DNA of 64,000 bases from Candidatus Nomurabacteria bacterium. GTDB lineage: Bacteria > Patescibacteriota > Minisyncoccia > Phycocordibacterales > UBA918. The notes under the pieces were generated by a model, which worked only from the letters and a program-made list of their open reading frames with translations, did no database searches and was not told the origin of the DNA. How positions within the stretch are numbered: the stretch's first letter is position 1; each line of letters begins with the position of its first letter. The stretch covers positions 161,753 to 225,752 of the forward strand of contig JACKGJ010000001.1 in the NCBI GenBank assembly GCA_020631995.1, given 5' to 3'. Positions 8,146 through 16,375 of this stretch are shown here, in pieces. A program made the position numbers and the translations under genes.

Positions 8146-8483
8146 ATAAAGTCTATATTCCAGACAGAGGAGACTTGGTGTGGGTTGACTTCAACCCTAC
8201 TCGAGGTAAGGAGCAGGCAAAAGTACGACCTGCTATTGTATTGTCCCCCAAAGCCTATAATCAAAAGATTAGCCTAGCCATCATGTGCCCTATTACCTCG
8301 GTTCAAAAGAACTACCCTTTTGAGGTGGTAGTGAGTGATAAAAAAGTGTCAGGAGTAATTTTGTCAGACCACGCTAGGTCACTTGACTGGAAGGCGCGAA
8401 ATACAAAATTTATTGCCAAAGCAAAACCAAGCGTAATCGCAGAAGTCCAAACAAAACTCGGACTTCTTGTTTGTGGTAAGTAG
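8139..8483 (+). CDS. mazF: MazF/PemK-family endoribonuclease toxin
   Basis: PDRGDLVWVDFNPTRGKEQAKVRPAIVLSP, the typical PemK N-terminus. Confidence 0.85.
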   Translation: MVNKVYIPDRGDLVWVDFNPTRGKEQAKVRPAIVLSPKAYNQKISLAIMCPITSVQKNYPFEVVVSDKKVSGVILSDHARSLDWKARNTKFIAKAKPSVIAEVQTKLGLLVCGK

Positions 8484-8492
8484 CAAATCAAA

Positions 8493-8529
8493 CAAAAATA
8501 GAACGGGCTAATTGCCCGTTCTATTTTTG
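8493..8529. terminator. Bidirectional terminator (mazF / secY transcript ends)
   Basis: CAAAAATAGAACGGGC taat TGCCCGTTCTATTTTTG. Confidence 0.8.
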
Positions 8530-8543
8530 TTTTAAATTAGTGA

Positions 8544-8699
8544 AATTGGATGCAGTTTCCTACTTAGATTCTGGGTGAGGATTTTTGGATGCAGTTTCGT
8601 CAGCTGGAAGGAGCTTTGCGACGGAGACGTAGGCGAACTACGGCGACCAAGCAAAGCGGCTGAAGCTGGCGGAAATGCGCCAAAAAGACCAGCCAGAAT
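8544..8699 (+). repeat. Structured intergenic hairpin element R2 (subfamily I) with an extra 5' half-copy
   Basis: GGATGCAGTT at 8587 pairs with AAATGCGCC at 8673. Outer stem is ATTCTGG 8568 / CCAGAAT 8693, abutting the secY stop. A second GGATGCAGTT lies at 8548. Confidence 0.75.
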
Positions 8700-9970
8700 T
8701 AGTATTCGCGCATTGAGACTTGAGCATCAACACGGCGCAAAAGATCCAACACCACCGACACCACAATAAGTAGTGCTGTACCACCAATAGCGAGAGCTGC
8801 AATACCTGTCACCATCTGCATACCAAGAGGTAGGACGGCTACTAGACCAAGGAATAACGCTCCCACTAGGGTGAGGCGAGTAATAAGTCCACCTAGGTAC
8901 TCGGCCGTTGCGCTACCAGGACGAAGCCCTGGTACGAATGCACCACTGCGTTGCAGGTTCTTCGATACAGCATCAGGATCAAAGGTCACAGCTGTGTAGA
9001 AGAAGGCAAAGAGGATAACTAGTACGAAATAGACGGCTGCGTAAGCAATTTGGTTATTAAAGAAAACCAAAAGCATTTCAGAAGCCCGAGCTACTCCAGC
9101 AATGTTGAAGCTAGACAGGACGTTCAGGAGCATCTGAGGGAAAAGTAGCATCGACATAGCGAAGATAATCGGTATAACACCTGCCTGATTAAGGCGAAGT
9201 GGTAAGTATGAAGAGGTTCCTCCGTAAGTCTGTCCCCCACGGCTTTGCTTAGCATAGGTGATTGGTACTGGGCGCTCCGCTTCTGTCATTACCACCACGG
9301 CATAGATAGTAGCTAAAGCGATGAGACCAAAGCCAAGATAAAGTGGCAACTGCGCTGGAGTATAACCAAACGCGAGCTGACTTACAGTAGCTGGCAGTCC
9401 GGCTACGATACCAGCGAAGATGATAATTGACACGCCGTTACCAATACCATACTCAGTAACTAGTTCACCGATCCACATAAGTAGAATGGAACCAGCCACA
9501 ATTAAGATTACGTTGGTCATAAAAGCAAAAGTGGACAATCCACTAATTACACCCTGACTCTGAAGTAGAGTAAGGAATCCATAACCTTGTAAAACACCAA
9601 GAGGTAGCGTAAGGAGACGAGAATACTGGGTAAAGCGAGCTCGTCCCGCTTCCCCCTCTTCAGTGTGCATACTCTTAAGTTTTGGTGACATCACTGTCAT
9701 CAACTGCATAATAATTGACGCAGTAATGAACGGCCCAACACCAAGCATTATGATAGACAGGTTAGCCAGTCCACCACCAGAGAAGATGTTTAGAAGTCCC
9801 AAGAATTGATTATTCTCGAAAAATTGCTGCAATACTACCGCATCGACTCCAGGAATAGGAATGGTCGATAGGGCTCTGAAGATGAATAGCGCCCCGAATA
9901 CAAACAGTAGACGATTTCGAATACTCTCATCGGTCAGCGCTATTTTCAGTTTATGTAGGAATTTATTCAT
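8699..9970 (-). CDS. secY: Preprotein translocase subunit SecY
   Basis: 423-aa polytopic protein with SecY motifs (GGGLANLSIIMLGVGPFITASI). Confidence 0.95.
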   Translation of the reverse strand: MNKFLHKLKIALTDESIRNRLLFVFGALFIFRALSTIPIPGVDAVVLQQFFENNQFLGLLNIFSGGGLANLSIIMLGVGPFITASIIMQLMTVMSPKLKSMHTEEGEAGRARFTQYSRLLTLPLGVLQGYGFLTLLQSQGVISGLSTFAFMTNVILIVAGSILLMWIGELVTEYGIGNGVSIIIFAGIVAGLPATVSQLAFGYTPAQLPLYLGFGLIALATIYAVVVMTEAERPVPITYAKQSRGGQTYGGTSSYLPLRLNQAGVIPIIFAMSMLLFPQMLLNVLSSFNIAGVARASEMLLVFFNNQIAYAAVYFVLVILFAFFYTAVTFDPDAVSKNLQRSGAFVPGLRPGSATAEYLGGLITRLTLVGALFLGLVAVLPLGMQMVTGIAALAIGGTALLIVVSVVLDLLRRVDAQVSMREY

Positions 9971-10047
9971 AGAATCAAGTATAAAGTTAAAAGTGAAAAG
10001 TTGAAAGTAGACCCTTTTTATAGAGCCGTGACTTAACCTTTCAACGT

Positions 10048-10497
10048 TTAACCAATGGTACCGCCAGCCTTCTCGATTTTTGCTTTAGCTGAAGCTGAAA
10101 CCTGACAATCGGTGAAGGTGAACTTCTTGGTTAGCTCTCCAGTTCCGAGAATCTTAACGAGTGGTGCACGCTTTCGTACAGAAGAAATAACTCCTGATGC
10201 AACCAAAGTCTTAGGAGTAATAGTTGCTCCTGCTTCAAAAGCCTTCTCAATAGCAGAAAGGTTAACTACTACTGGTAGAACACGCTCGGCGTTCACTGTT
10301 GCGGCACGGTTGACACCGTGACCACGAAGCTTAGGAAGCTTCTTGATCTGCTCACGCATTTCTGGGCGAGTAGAGTTACCCGCACGAGCGGTCTGACCCT
10401 TATGTCCGCGACCGGACATCTTGCCACGCTTACCACCACGACCAATACGGCGTGCTGTTTTTTTAGGTGACGTTGGTTTTAGTGAATGTAACTGCAT
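10048..10497 (-). CDS. rplO: 50S ribosomal protein L15
   Basis: MQLHSLKPT..RIGRGGKRGKMSGRGHKGQ. Confidence 0.95.
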   Translation of the reverse strand: MQLHSLKPTSPKKTARRIGRGGKRGKMSGRGHKGQTARAGNSTRPEMREQIKKLPKLRGHGVNRAATVNAERVLPVVVNLSAIEKAFEAGATITPKTLVASGVISSVRKRAPLVKILGTGELTKKFTFTDCQVSASAKAKIEKAGGTIG

Positions 10498-10557
10498 AAA
10501 ATTTGATTGAAAGTTAAAAGTTGAAAGCGTCTCAAGGCTCTTTCAGCTTTATAAACC

Positions 10558-11232
10558 TTAGGCTTTTAACTGTTTTAACGCTTCGACAGTAGCGCGGGCG
10601 TTGTTAAGCTTGTTCTTAGTTCGTGAAAGAAGCTTAGCTGTAACATCCTTAACGCCGGCCAATTCGAGAACAGTACGCGCAGAACTACCAGCAACCAGAC
10701 CACGACCAGGGGCTGGCATAATCATCACGCGACTAGAAGATAGCTTCTTTTCAACATCGTGAGCGATATGACTGTGTTCGTTCATCGGTACAGTAATCAT
10801 ATGCTTACGAGCGTCACGTACAGCTTTTTCAATAGCGAGCTGAGTGTCACCAGCCTTACCGATACCAACTCCCACTCGACCTTTCTTGTCTCCAATCACC
10901 ATTGATACAGAGAAAGAGAAACGACGTCCTCCACCCATAACACGAGTTACGCGACGGATAGAAATGATTTTCTGCTCAAACTCAGGTCGAGCGCGTTCGC
11001 CACGACCTCCAGCACCACGACGTGGTCGACGAGGATTACGACGGTCATTTGATTCTCCTCCCCTTCCACCTCTACCGCCCTGACCACGAGAACCACCAAA
11101 ACGAGTGGCTGGCTCTGTAGCTGGAGCAGTTTCTGCAGGTGCATCGGCAGTAGCAGTATCTGCTACTTTGTTTGTACCAGCCACTACATCTGTTGTAGGG
11201 TCGGTGACAATTTTAGCTTCCTGTTTTTCCAT
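10558..11232 (-). CDS. rpsE: 30S ribosomal protein S5 with a roughly 70-aa Ala/Thr- and RGG-rich N-terminal extension
   Basis: S5 core (IISIRRVTRVMGGGRRFSF..) preceded by a low-complexity region. Confidence 0.9.
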   Translation of the reverse strand: MEKQEAKIVTDPTTDVVAGTNKVADTATADAPAETAPATEPATRFGGSRGQGGRGGRGGESNDRRNPRRPRRGAGGRGERARPEFEQKIISIRRVTRVMGGGRRFSFSVSMVIGDKKGRVGVGIGKAGDTQLAIEKAVRDARKHMITVPMNEHSHIAHDVEKKLSSSRVMIMPAPGRGLVAGSSARTVLELAGVKDVTAKLLSRTKNKLNNARATVEALKQLKA

Positions 11233-11251
11233 AAATAAATTTGTGTTTTAA

Positions 11252-11605
11252 CTAGAATTTTAATCCTCCTTCGCGCGCTGCATCAGCCAAAATGGCGATG
11301 GCTCCCTGATAACGGAATCCTCCGCGGTCAAAGACCACCTTCTCGATTCCTTTACCAGTAGCAACCTTCGCAAGCTCAGTACCGAGGGCTTGAGCGCGCT
11401 CCAACAAGTTCTTACCTTTCTGCTTTCGAGTATCGAGAGCGGCAACAGTAACGCCGGCGCTATCATCAATAAGCTGGGCGTAAAGGCCGGTATTACTCTT
11501 GAAGACGGCCAAGCGAGGCTTCTCGCTGGTACCAATCACTCGAGCACGAATACGATTGTGTCGTGATACGCGGCGAGCTGTCTTTAGTTGTGTTTTAGTT
11601 TTCAT
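11252..11605 (-). CDS. rplR: 50S ribosomal protein L18
   Basis: RHNRIRARVIGTSEKPRLAVFKSN..FDRGGFRYQG. Confidence 0.95.
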   Translation of the reverse strand: MKTKTQLKTARRVSRHNRIRARVIGTSEKPRLAVFKSNTGLYAQLIDDSAGVTVAALDTRKQKGKNLLERAQALGTELAKVATGKGIEKVVFDRGGFRYQGAIAILADAAREGGLKF

Positions 11606-11626
11606 ACACCTTGTGATTTAAACTTA

Positions 11627-11734
11627 GGAAATTGGATGAAATCCGACGGGCTGGAGAAAGTTTTGTGAGCGAGCCGTATATAGACATACGGTGACAAGCA
11701 AAACTTTTGAAGCCCTAGGATTTCGCCGATTTCA
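11627..11734 (+). repeat. Structured intergenic hairpin element R3 (subfamily II) between rplF and rplR
   Basis: GGATGAAATCC...GGATTTCGCC middle stem. The 35-nt core 11661-11695 is identical (reverse complement) to 2965-2999. Confidence 0.75.
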
Positions 11735-11740
11735 TATTGT

Positions 11741-12274
11741 TTAAACAGCTTTCTTACCTTGCTTACGAATAATATATTCACCCTGATAGCGAATACCCTT
11801 GCCCTTGTAAGGCTCTGGCTTCTTCACCTTGCGTACGTCAGCCGCAAATTGGCCAATGGCTTCCTTGTCGACTCCCGTTACTGTCACGACACCCTTTTCT
11901 ACCACTACGTTAACTCCCTCAGGAATCTCTTTTTCTACCGGATGAGAGAATCCCATAAGAAGTACAAGCTTGTTGCCTTTCACTTCAGCACGGTAACCGA
12001 CTCCTTCGATTTCTAAAACCTTTTTGAAACCTTCGGTAACTCCGGTCACCATATTGCGAGCGTGCGCAGCGTAAGTACCCCACAGGGCCTTAGCTACAAC
12101 ACTACCCTCTTTTGGAGAGAAGGTAATAACGTTCCCTTCCATCTTAAGTTCAACATCATCTTTAATCTCGCGAGACAAAGAAGTGTTTCCCTTTTTCACA
12201 GTCAAGATACCACCTTCGAAAGTAGCTTCGACGCCGGCTGGCAGTATTACTGGTTGTTTTCCTAATCTAGACAT
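11741..12274 (-). CDS. rplF: 50S ribosomal protein L6
   Basis: MSRLGKQPVILPAGVE..; ATG at 12274 preferred. Confidence 0.95.
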   Translation of the reverse strand: MSRLGKQPVILPAGVEATFEGGILTVKKGNTSLSREIKDDVELKMEGNVITFSPKEGSVVAKALWGTYAAHARNMVTGVTEGFKKVLEIEGVGYRAEVKGNKLVLLMGFSHPVEKEIPEGVNVVVEKGVVTVTGVDKEAIGQFAADVRKVKKPEPYKGKGIRYQGEYIIRKQGKKAV

Positions 12275-12276
12275 AA

Positions 12277-12663
12277 TTACCAAATCTTAAACAACTGTTC
12301 GCCACCGACCTTTGCCTCACGAGCCTCACTGTCAGTGAGAATACCCTTTGGGGTAGAGAGGAAAAGATGGCCTTTGCCGAACTTGACTGGATAAATTTCT
12401 TCGACCTTAGCGTACAAACGACGTCCAGGCTTGGACACACGCTTCACATCACTAATGATGTGCTTGTCTCCTTCATACTTGAGGGTTACCTCAAGAGTTT
12501 TCTTTACGTCTTTGCCCTTAGTCTCAACTGCAGTTAGGTAACCAACAGCAGCAAGCTTCATAGCAATTGCTTCCTTTAATTTTGAGTGCGGGACAGACAC
12601 AACTGTATGTCCGACCGCTCCGGCATTCTTAAGCCGGATGATGAAATCTCCAATGTTATCCAT
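12277..12663 (-). CDS. rpsH: 30S ribosomal protein S8
   Basis: DNIGDFIIRLKNA.. Confidence 0.95.
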   Translation of the reverse strand: MDNIGDFIIRLKNAGAVGHTVVSVPHSKLKEAIAMKLAAVGYLTAVETKGKDVKKTLEVTLKYEGDKHIISDVKRVSKPGRRLYAKVEEIYPVKFGKGHLFLSTPKGILTDSEAREAKVGGEQLFKIW

Positions 12664-12676
12664 ATATGCTTAAGAA

Positions 12677-12862
12677 TTACCAAGAGCTCTTTTTAACTCC
12701 TGGGATAAGTCCCTCGTGCGCGTGCTCTCGAAAACAAATACGACAAAGATCGAAATCTCGCATATATCCATGCTTACGACCGCATTGAACGCAACGGCGA
12801 ACAACCCGACTCTTGTACTTTGGGGTACGCGTAGCGCGTACGATTACTGATGTTCGAGCCAT
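12677..12862 (-). CDS. rpsN: 30S ribosomal protein S14, type Z (zinc-binding, 61 aa)
   Basis: [23 protein letters not shown] with two CxxC pairs. Confidence 0.95.
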   Translation of the reverse strand: MARTSVIVRATRTPKYKSRVVRRCVQCGRKHGYMRDFDLCRICFREHAHEGLIPGVKKSSW

Positions 12863-13096
12863 TTATTTTTTAGGGTTTAGGAAGTAGAAGTTGGAGATTG
12901 AGAGTATATATCGGCAAAACCGCATACATACCCCTCACTCTTAACTCCTCTCCCCTCTTTTTCAGAGTAGTATCGGCTAGATGTGCCGACTTGCTCTGCT
13001 TATAAACAGGGTCCTGGGACCCCTATGAAGTGCCGCCCAAACAGGCATCTATCGGCAAGTCATATTGCTCGCAACATTACCAGAATTTGGGTAAAA

Positions 13097-13130
13097 GTAA
13101 AGCCCCGCGCCAATTGGCGTGGGGCTTTAC
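13097..13130. terminator. Hairpin terminator immediately after rplE, inside the spc cluster
   Basis: GTAAAGCCCCGCGCC aatt GGCGTGGGGCTTTAC, 15 bp with one G.T. Confidence 0.65.
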
Positions 13131-13145
13131 TTAATTGTAAAAAAT

Positions 13146-13694
13146 TTAGGTCGCTACTTCTTCCTTCTGTAACGGAAGTCCTATGTGACGCAAAAACGCT
13201 TCAGCTTCAGTCTTAGTCTTAGCTGTAGTCACAATAGTAATAGCGAGTGAGAAAACATCGCGAATATCTTCGTCGGCGGTCTCAGGGAAAATAGTATGTT
13301 CCTTGATACCGAGAGTGATGTTACCCATATCATCAATTGCGGTAGTCTTAAGGCCACGGAAGTCACGAGTCTGAGGAAGAGCGATATGAATCAACTTATC
13401 GAAAAAGTGATGCATTCGTGCTCCGCGTAAAGTTACTTGGTAACCAATGATGTCACCCTCACGAAGTTTGAAAGACGCAATAGATTGCTTAGCTGGACGT
13501 GGAGATGGCTTCTGGCCAGTGATTTGTGCTAAACGATTGAAGATGGCTTCCTTTTTAGCCTTGTCTTCGATTTTTCCAATACCAACTGACACCACTACTT
13601 TATCTAGTCGTGGAGCCTGCATTACATTGGTGTATCCAAGACTTGACTTCAAAGCCTCAAATGCACCGTCTAGTTTTTCCTTTAGAGTTTTCAT
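13146..13694 (-). CDS. rplE: 50S ribosomal protein L5
   Basis: Position and L5 motifs (NVMQAPRLDKVVVSVGIG). Confidence 0.95.
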   Translation of the reverse strand: MKTLKEKLDGAFEALKSSLGYTNVMQAPRLDKVVVSVGIGKIEDKAKKEAIFNRLAQITGQKPSPRPAKQSIASFKLREGDIIGYQVTLRGARMHHFFDKLIHIALPQTRDFRGLKTTAIDDMGNITLGIKEHTIFPETADEDIRDVFSLAITIVTTAKTKTEAEAFLRHIGLPLQKEEVAT

Positions 13695-13713
13695 ATGCTT
13701 AATAATTGAAAGA

Positions 13714-14019
13714 TTAGATCTCCTTACCGGTTTTCTTGCTTACACGAACCTTCTTGTCCCCCTCTGTCTTGTAGCCAACACGTACTGGCTTTTTTCCATC
13801 TACGAGAGCAACGTTTGAAATATGCACTGGTGCAGCCTTCTTAATTACCTGTCCTTGTGAACGTACTCGCTTGTTTTTCTGGTGACGAGTAATAATGTTT
13901 ACCTCCTCAACCAAAACCTGTTCGGTCTTCGGAAAAACCTTCTCAATTTTGCCGGTCTTACCCTTATCCTTACCAGCGATGATTATGACGTTGTCTCCTT
14001 TCTTAATTTTCATAGACAT
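13714..14019 (-). CDS. rplX: 50S ribosomal protein L24
   Basis: MKIKKGDNVIIIAGKDKGKTGKI KOW motif. The exact start (14013, 14019 or the ORF-track TTG start at 14031) is uncertain. Confidence 0.9.
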   Translation of the reverse strand: MSMKIKKGDNVIIIAGKDKGKTGKIEKVFPKTEQVLVEEVNIITRHQKNKRVRSQGQVIKKAAPVHISNVALVDGKKPVRVGYKTEGDKKVRVSKKTGKEI

Positions 14020-14023
14020 AGGC

Positions 14024-14395
14024 TTAAACAACTTCAGGGGCTAATGAAACAATCTTTTGGTAACCAGCTTCAGCCAGTTCACGAGGAACTGGTCCGAATA
14101 CACGGTTGGCCTTTGGTTCTTTCTTCTCCTTATCAACCAATACAACGGCATTATCGTCGAAGCTCACGTATGAACCATCAACACGTCGGTATGGCTTCTT
14201 TTGACGTACCACTACTCCGTAAACAACATCCTTCTTCTTTACCTGCTTACGAGGTTCAGCTGTCTGTACAGAAAGCACCACCATCTCACCGAGTTCAGCA
14301 TAGCGCTTCCTAGAACCACCAAGTACTTTGAAAACACGGCCCATCTTACCGCCGGAGTTGTCTGTGATTTTAACTATAGTTTGTGGTTGAATCAT
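14024..14395 (-). CDS. rplN: 50S ribosomal protein L14
   Basis: MIQPQTIVKITDNSGGK. Confidence 0.95.
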   Translation of the reverse strand: MIQPQTIVKITDNSGGKMGRVFKVLGGSRKRYAELGEMVVLSVQTAEPRKQVKKKDVVYGVVVRQKKPYRRVDGSYVSFDDNAVVLVDKEKKEPKANRVFGPVPRELAEAGYQKIVSLAPEVV

Positions 14396-14401
14396 AAGCG
14401 A

Positions 14402-14659
14402 TTATTTAGTTAGGAGTGCGAAGCGCTTGCGCTTGCTGATTGGATGAGTCTCTATAATAGAAACTTTTGCTCCGACCGGGGCAGTGTTGCCAGCATCGTG
14501 AACCAAGTACTTCTTGGTTTGACGAATGAACTTCTTGTACTTAGGATGCTTCACGTAACGCTCCACAGCCACAGTACAAGTGTCCTGCATTAAAGAAGCC
14601 ACTACAGTGCCTTCAAACACTCGACCATTGCTATTTTCTGTTTTAATTTCTTTTGCCAT
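14402..14659 (-). CDS. rpsQ: 30S ribosomal protein S17
   Basis: RVFEGTVVASLMQDTCTVAVERYVKHPKYKK. Confidence 0.95.
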   Translation of the reverse strand: MAKEIKTENSNGRVFEGTVVASLMQDTCTVAVERYVKHPKYKKFIRQTKKYLVHDAGNTAPVGAKVSIIETHPISKRKRFALLTK

Positions 14660-14670
14660 ATAAATGAGTT

Positions 14671-14880
14671 TTATTCAGACTTAGCCTTAGGAGATGTGTC
14701 CAAGGTACGAGTCTTTAATTCAGTGAGTGAACGAGCCACATCCTTTCTCGCTTCACGCATCGCTCCCACATCTTTGCCACCGGTACCGAAACGGAAGTTT
14801 CGCAAAACCTCGCGCTTATCCTTTATCAAAGAAGCGAGTTCAGTGTCCTTCATCTTTTTTATTTCATTCATTTTTGCCAT
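14671..14880 (-). CDS. rpmC: 50S ribosomal protein L29
   Basis: MAKMNEIKKMKDTELASLIKDKREVLRNFRF; ATG at 14880 chosen. Confidence 0.9.
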   Translation of the reverse strand: MAKMNEIKKMKDTELASLIKDKREVLRNFRFGTGGKDVGAMREARKDVARSLTELKTRTLDTSPKAKSE

Positions 14881-14893
14881 ATAAATTTGAAGA

Positions 14894-15322
14894 TTACTCA
14901 CCGTCGCGGGCTACGACACGTCCCTTAAGTGGAAGCTTGGCGGTAGCTTTTCGCAATGCCTCGCGAGCAACCACTTCACTAACGCCGTCTACTTCGAATA
15001 AAACTCGACCAGGTGCAACCTCAAACACGAAGTGGTCTGGATCACCCTTACCCTTACCCATCGGAGTTTCAGCTGCCTTCTTAGTGATAGGGCGATCAGG
15101 GAAGATACGAATCCAAACACGACCAGTTTTGCCGAGAGTACGAGAAATCACACGACGCGCAGCTTCAATCTGATTACTACGCACACGTGCTGGGGAAGTA
15201 GCCTTAAGGCCAAATGAACCAAAGGATACAGTAATACCACGAGTATCCGGACGCGCTAGCTTAGCTTCGCTCTTACGAGCTACTTGCCACTTTCGGTGCT
15301 TTACTTTTTTAGGAAACAACAT
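14894..15322 (-). CDS. rplP: 50S ribosomal protein L16
   Basis: MLFPKKVKHRKWQ.. Confidence 0.95.
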   Translation of the reverse strand: MLFPKKVKHRKWQVARKSEAKLARPDTRGITVSFGSFGLKATSPARVRSNQIEAARRVISRTLGKTGRVWIRIFPDRPITKKAAETPMGKGKGDPDHFVFEVAPGRVLFEVDGVSEVVAREALRKATAKLPLKGRVVARDGE

Positions 15323-15330
15323 ATTAAATA

Positions 15331-16050
15331 TTATGAGTTACGAGATGGTGCTTTTGACTCCTCACGAGCCGGAGCATCAATAGCCGCACGACGATCAGTG
15401 AAAATGTCTCCCCGGTAAATCCACACCTTAATACCAATTACTCCATAAGGAAGGTTGGCGCGGATACGAGCAAAGTCGATGTCAGCACGTAGAGTCTGAA
15501 GAGGGATACGTCCCTTCTTTAGTTCTTCAACACGAGACATATCAGCTCCACCAAGACGACCAGACATCATAATACGTACACCTTGTACGTCACGATTAGC
15601 CATCACCTTCTCGATAGTCTGCTTAAGTACACGACGGAACTGCATACGCTTTTCAAGGCCTTCTGCTACCATCTGTCCAACTAGCTGTGCAGACACTTCT
15701 GGAGAACGAATTTCTTCGATATCAAGCTTGATTTCAGGCTTTTCGATAAGCTTTAGGGTACGAAGCAACATATCAATCTCCTTCTTAAGCTTCACTGCTC
15801 CCTCTCCGCTTCGCCCGATAACGAGCCCTGGACGAGCACTCTTCACAATAATGCGAATTTCTTTTTCATCGCGCTCAATCTCCACCACATCAACAGACAT
15901 ACCCTTCAACTTCTTGAAAAGGAATTTACGGATAGCTGCGTCAGTACGCAAGTATTCTCGAAAACGCTTAGGGTCAGTAGTGAACCAACGACTGCGCCAG
16001 TCACGGTTGATACCAATGCGTTGTATGAATGGGTGAGCTACGTGAGTCAT
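15331..16050 (-). CDS. rpsC: 30S ribosomal protein S3
   Basis: KH and S3-C motifs (HPFIQRIGINRDWRSRWF). Confidence 0.95.
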   Translation of the reverse strand: MTHVAHPFIQRIGINRDWRSRWFTTDPKRFREYLRTDAAIRKFLFKKLKGMSVDVVEIERDEKEIRIIVKSARPGLVIGRSGEGAVKLKKEIDMLLRTLKLIEKPEIKLDIEEIRSPEVSAQLVGQMVAEGLEKRMQFRRVLKQTIEKVMANRDVQGVRIMMSGRLGGADMSRVEELKKGRIPLQTLRADIDFARIRANLPYGVIGIKVWIYRGDIFTDRRAAIDAPAREESKAPSRNS

Positions 16051-16051
16051 A

Positions 16052-16369
16052 TTATTTTAATTCAACGGTTATGTGGCTAGAACGACGGTTGATTGGGGAC
16101 GCTGAACCGCGAGCACGAGGCATAAAACGAGTCATAACAGTTCCCTTGTCCACTGCAACCTTAGCAATCTTCAAACTCTCTACTGTACGACCAGTGTCCT
16201 TGGCATTAGCTACAGCAGAATTGATTACCTTAATGAAAGGTCCTGAAGCTTTCTTATCTACGAAAGACAAGTGCTTAATAGCGTCATTTACCTTCTTGCC
16301 ACGAACAAGGTCAGCGAGTAGTCGCACTTTACGAGGTGATTGACGGTAATTCTTAAGGATTGCTTTCAT
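16052..16369 (-). CDS. rplV: 50S ribosomal protein L22
   Basis: YRQSPRKVRLLADLVRGKKV. Confidence 0.95.
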   Translation of the reverse strand: MKAILKNYRQSPRKVRLLADLVRGKKVNDAIKHLSFVDKKASGPFIKVINSAVANAKDTGRTVESLKIAKVAVDKGTVMTRFMPRARGSASPINRRSSHITVELK

Positions 16370-16375
16370 ATAAAA

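Noticed and set aside
12863-13096. The rplE-rpsN spacer (234 bp beyond the terminator) as another copy of the hairpin-element family
   Set aside because: It contains hairpins (GGAG-A-TTGAGAG / CTCTTAA-CTCC; GGGTC ctgg GACCC; TCGGC..GCCGA) but none of the family core motifs. It is probably a distinct promoter or leader region for rpsN-rpsH-rplF, so it was left unclassified.
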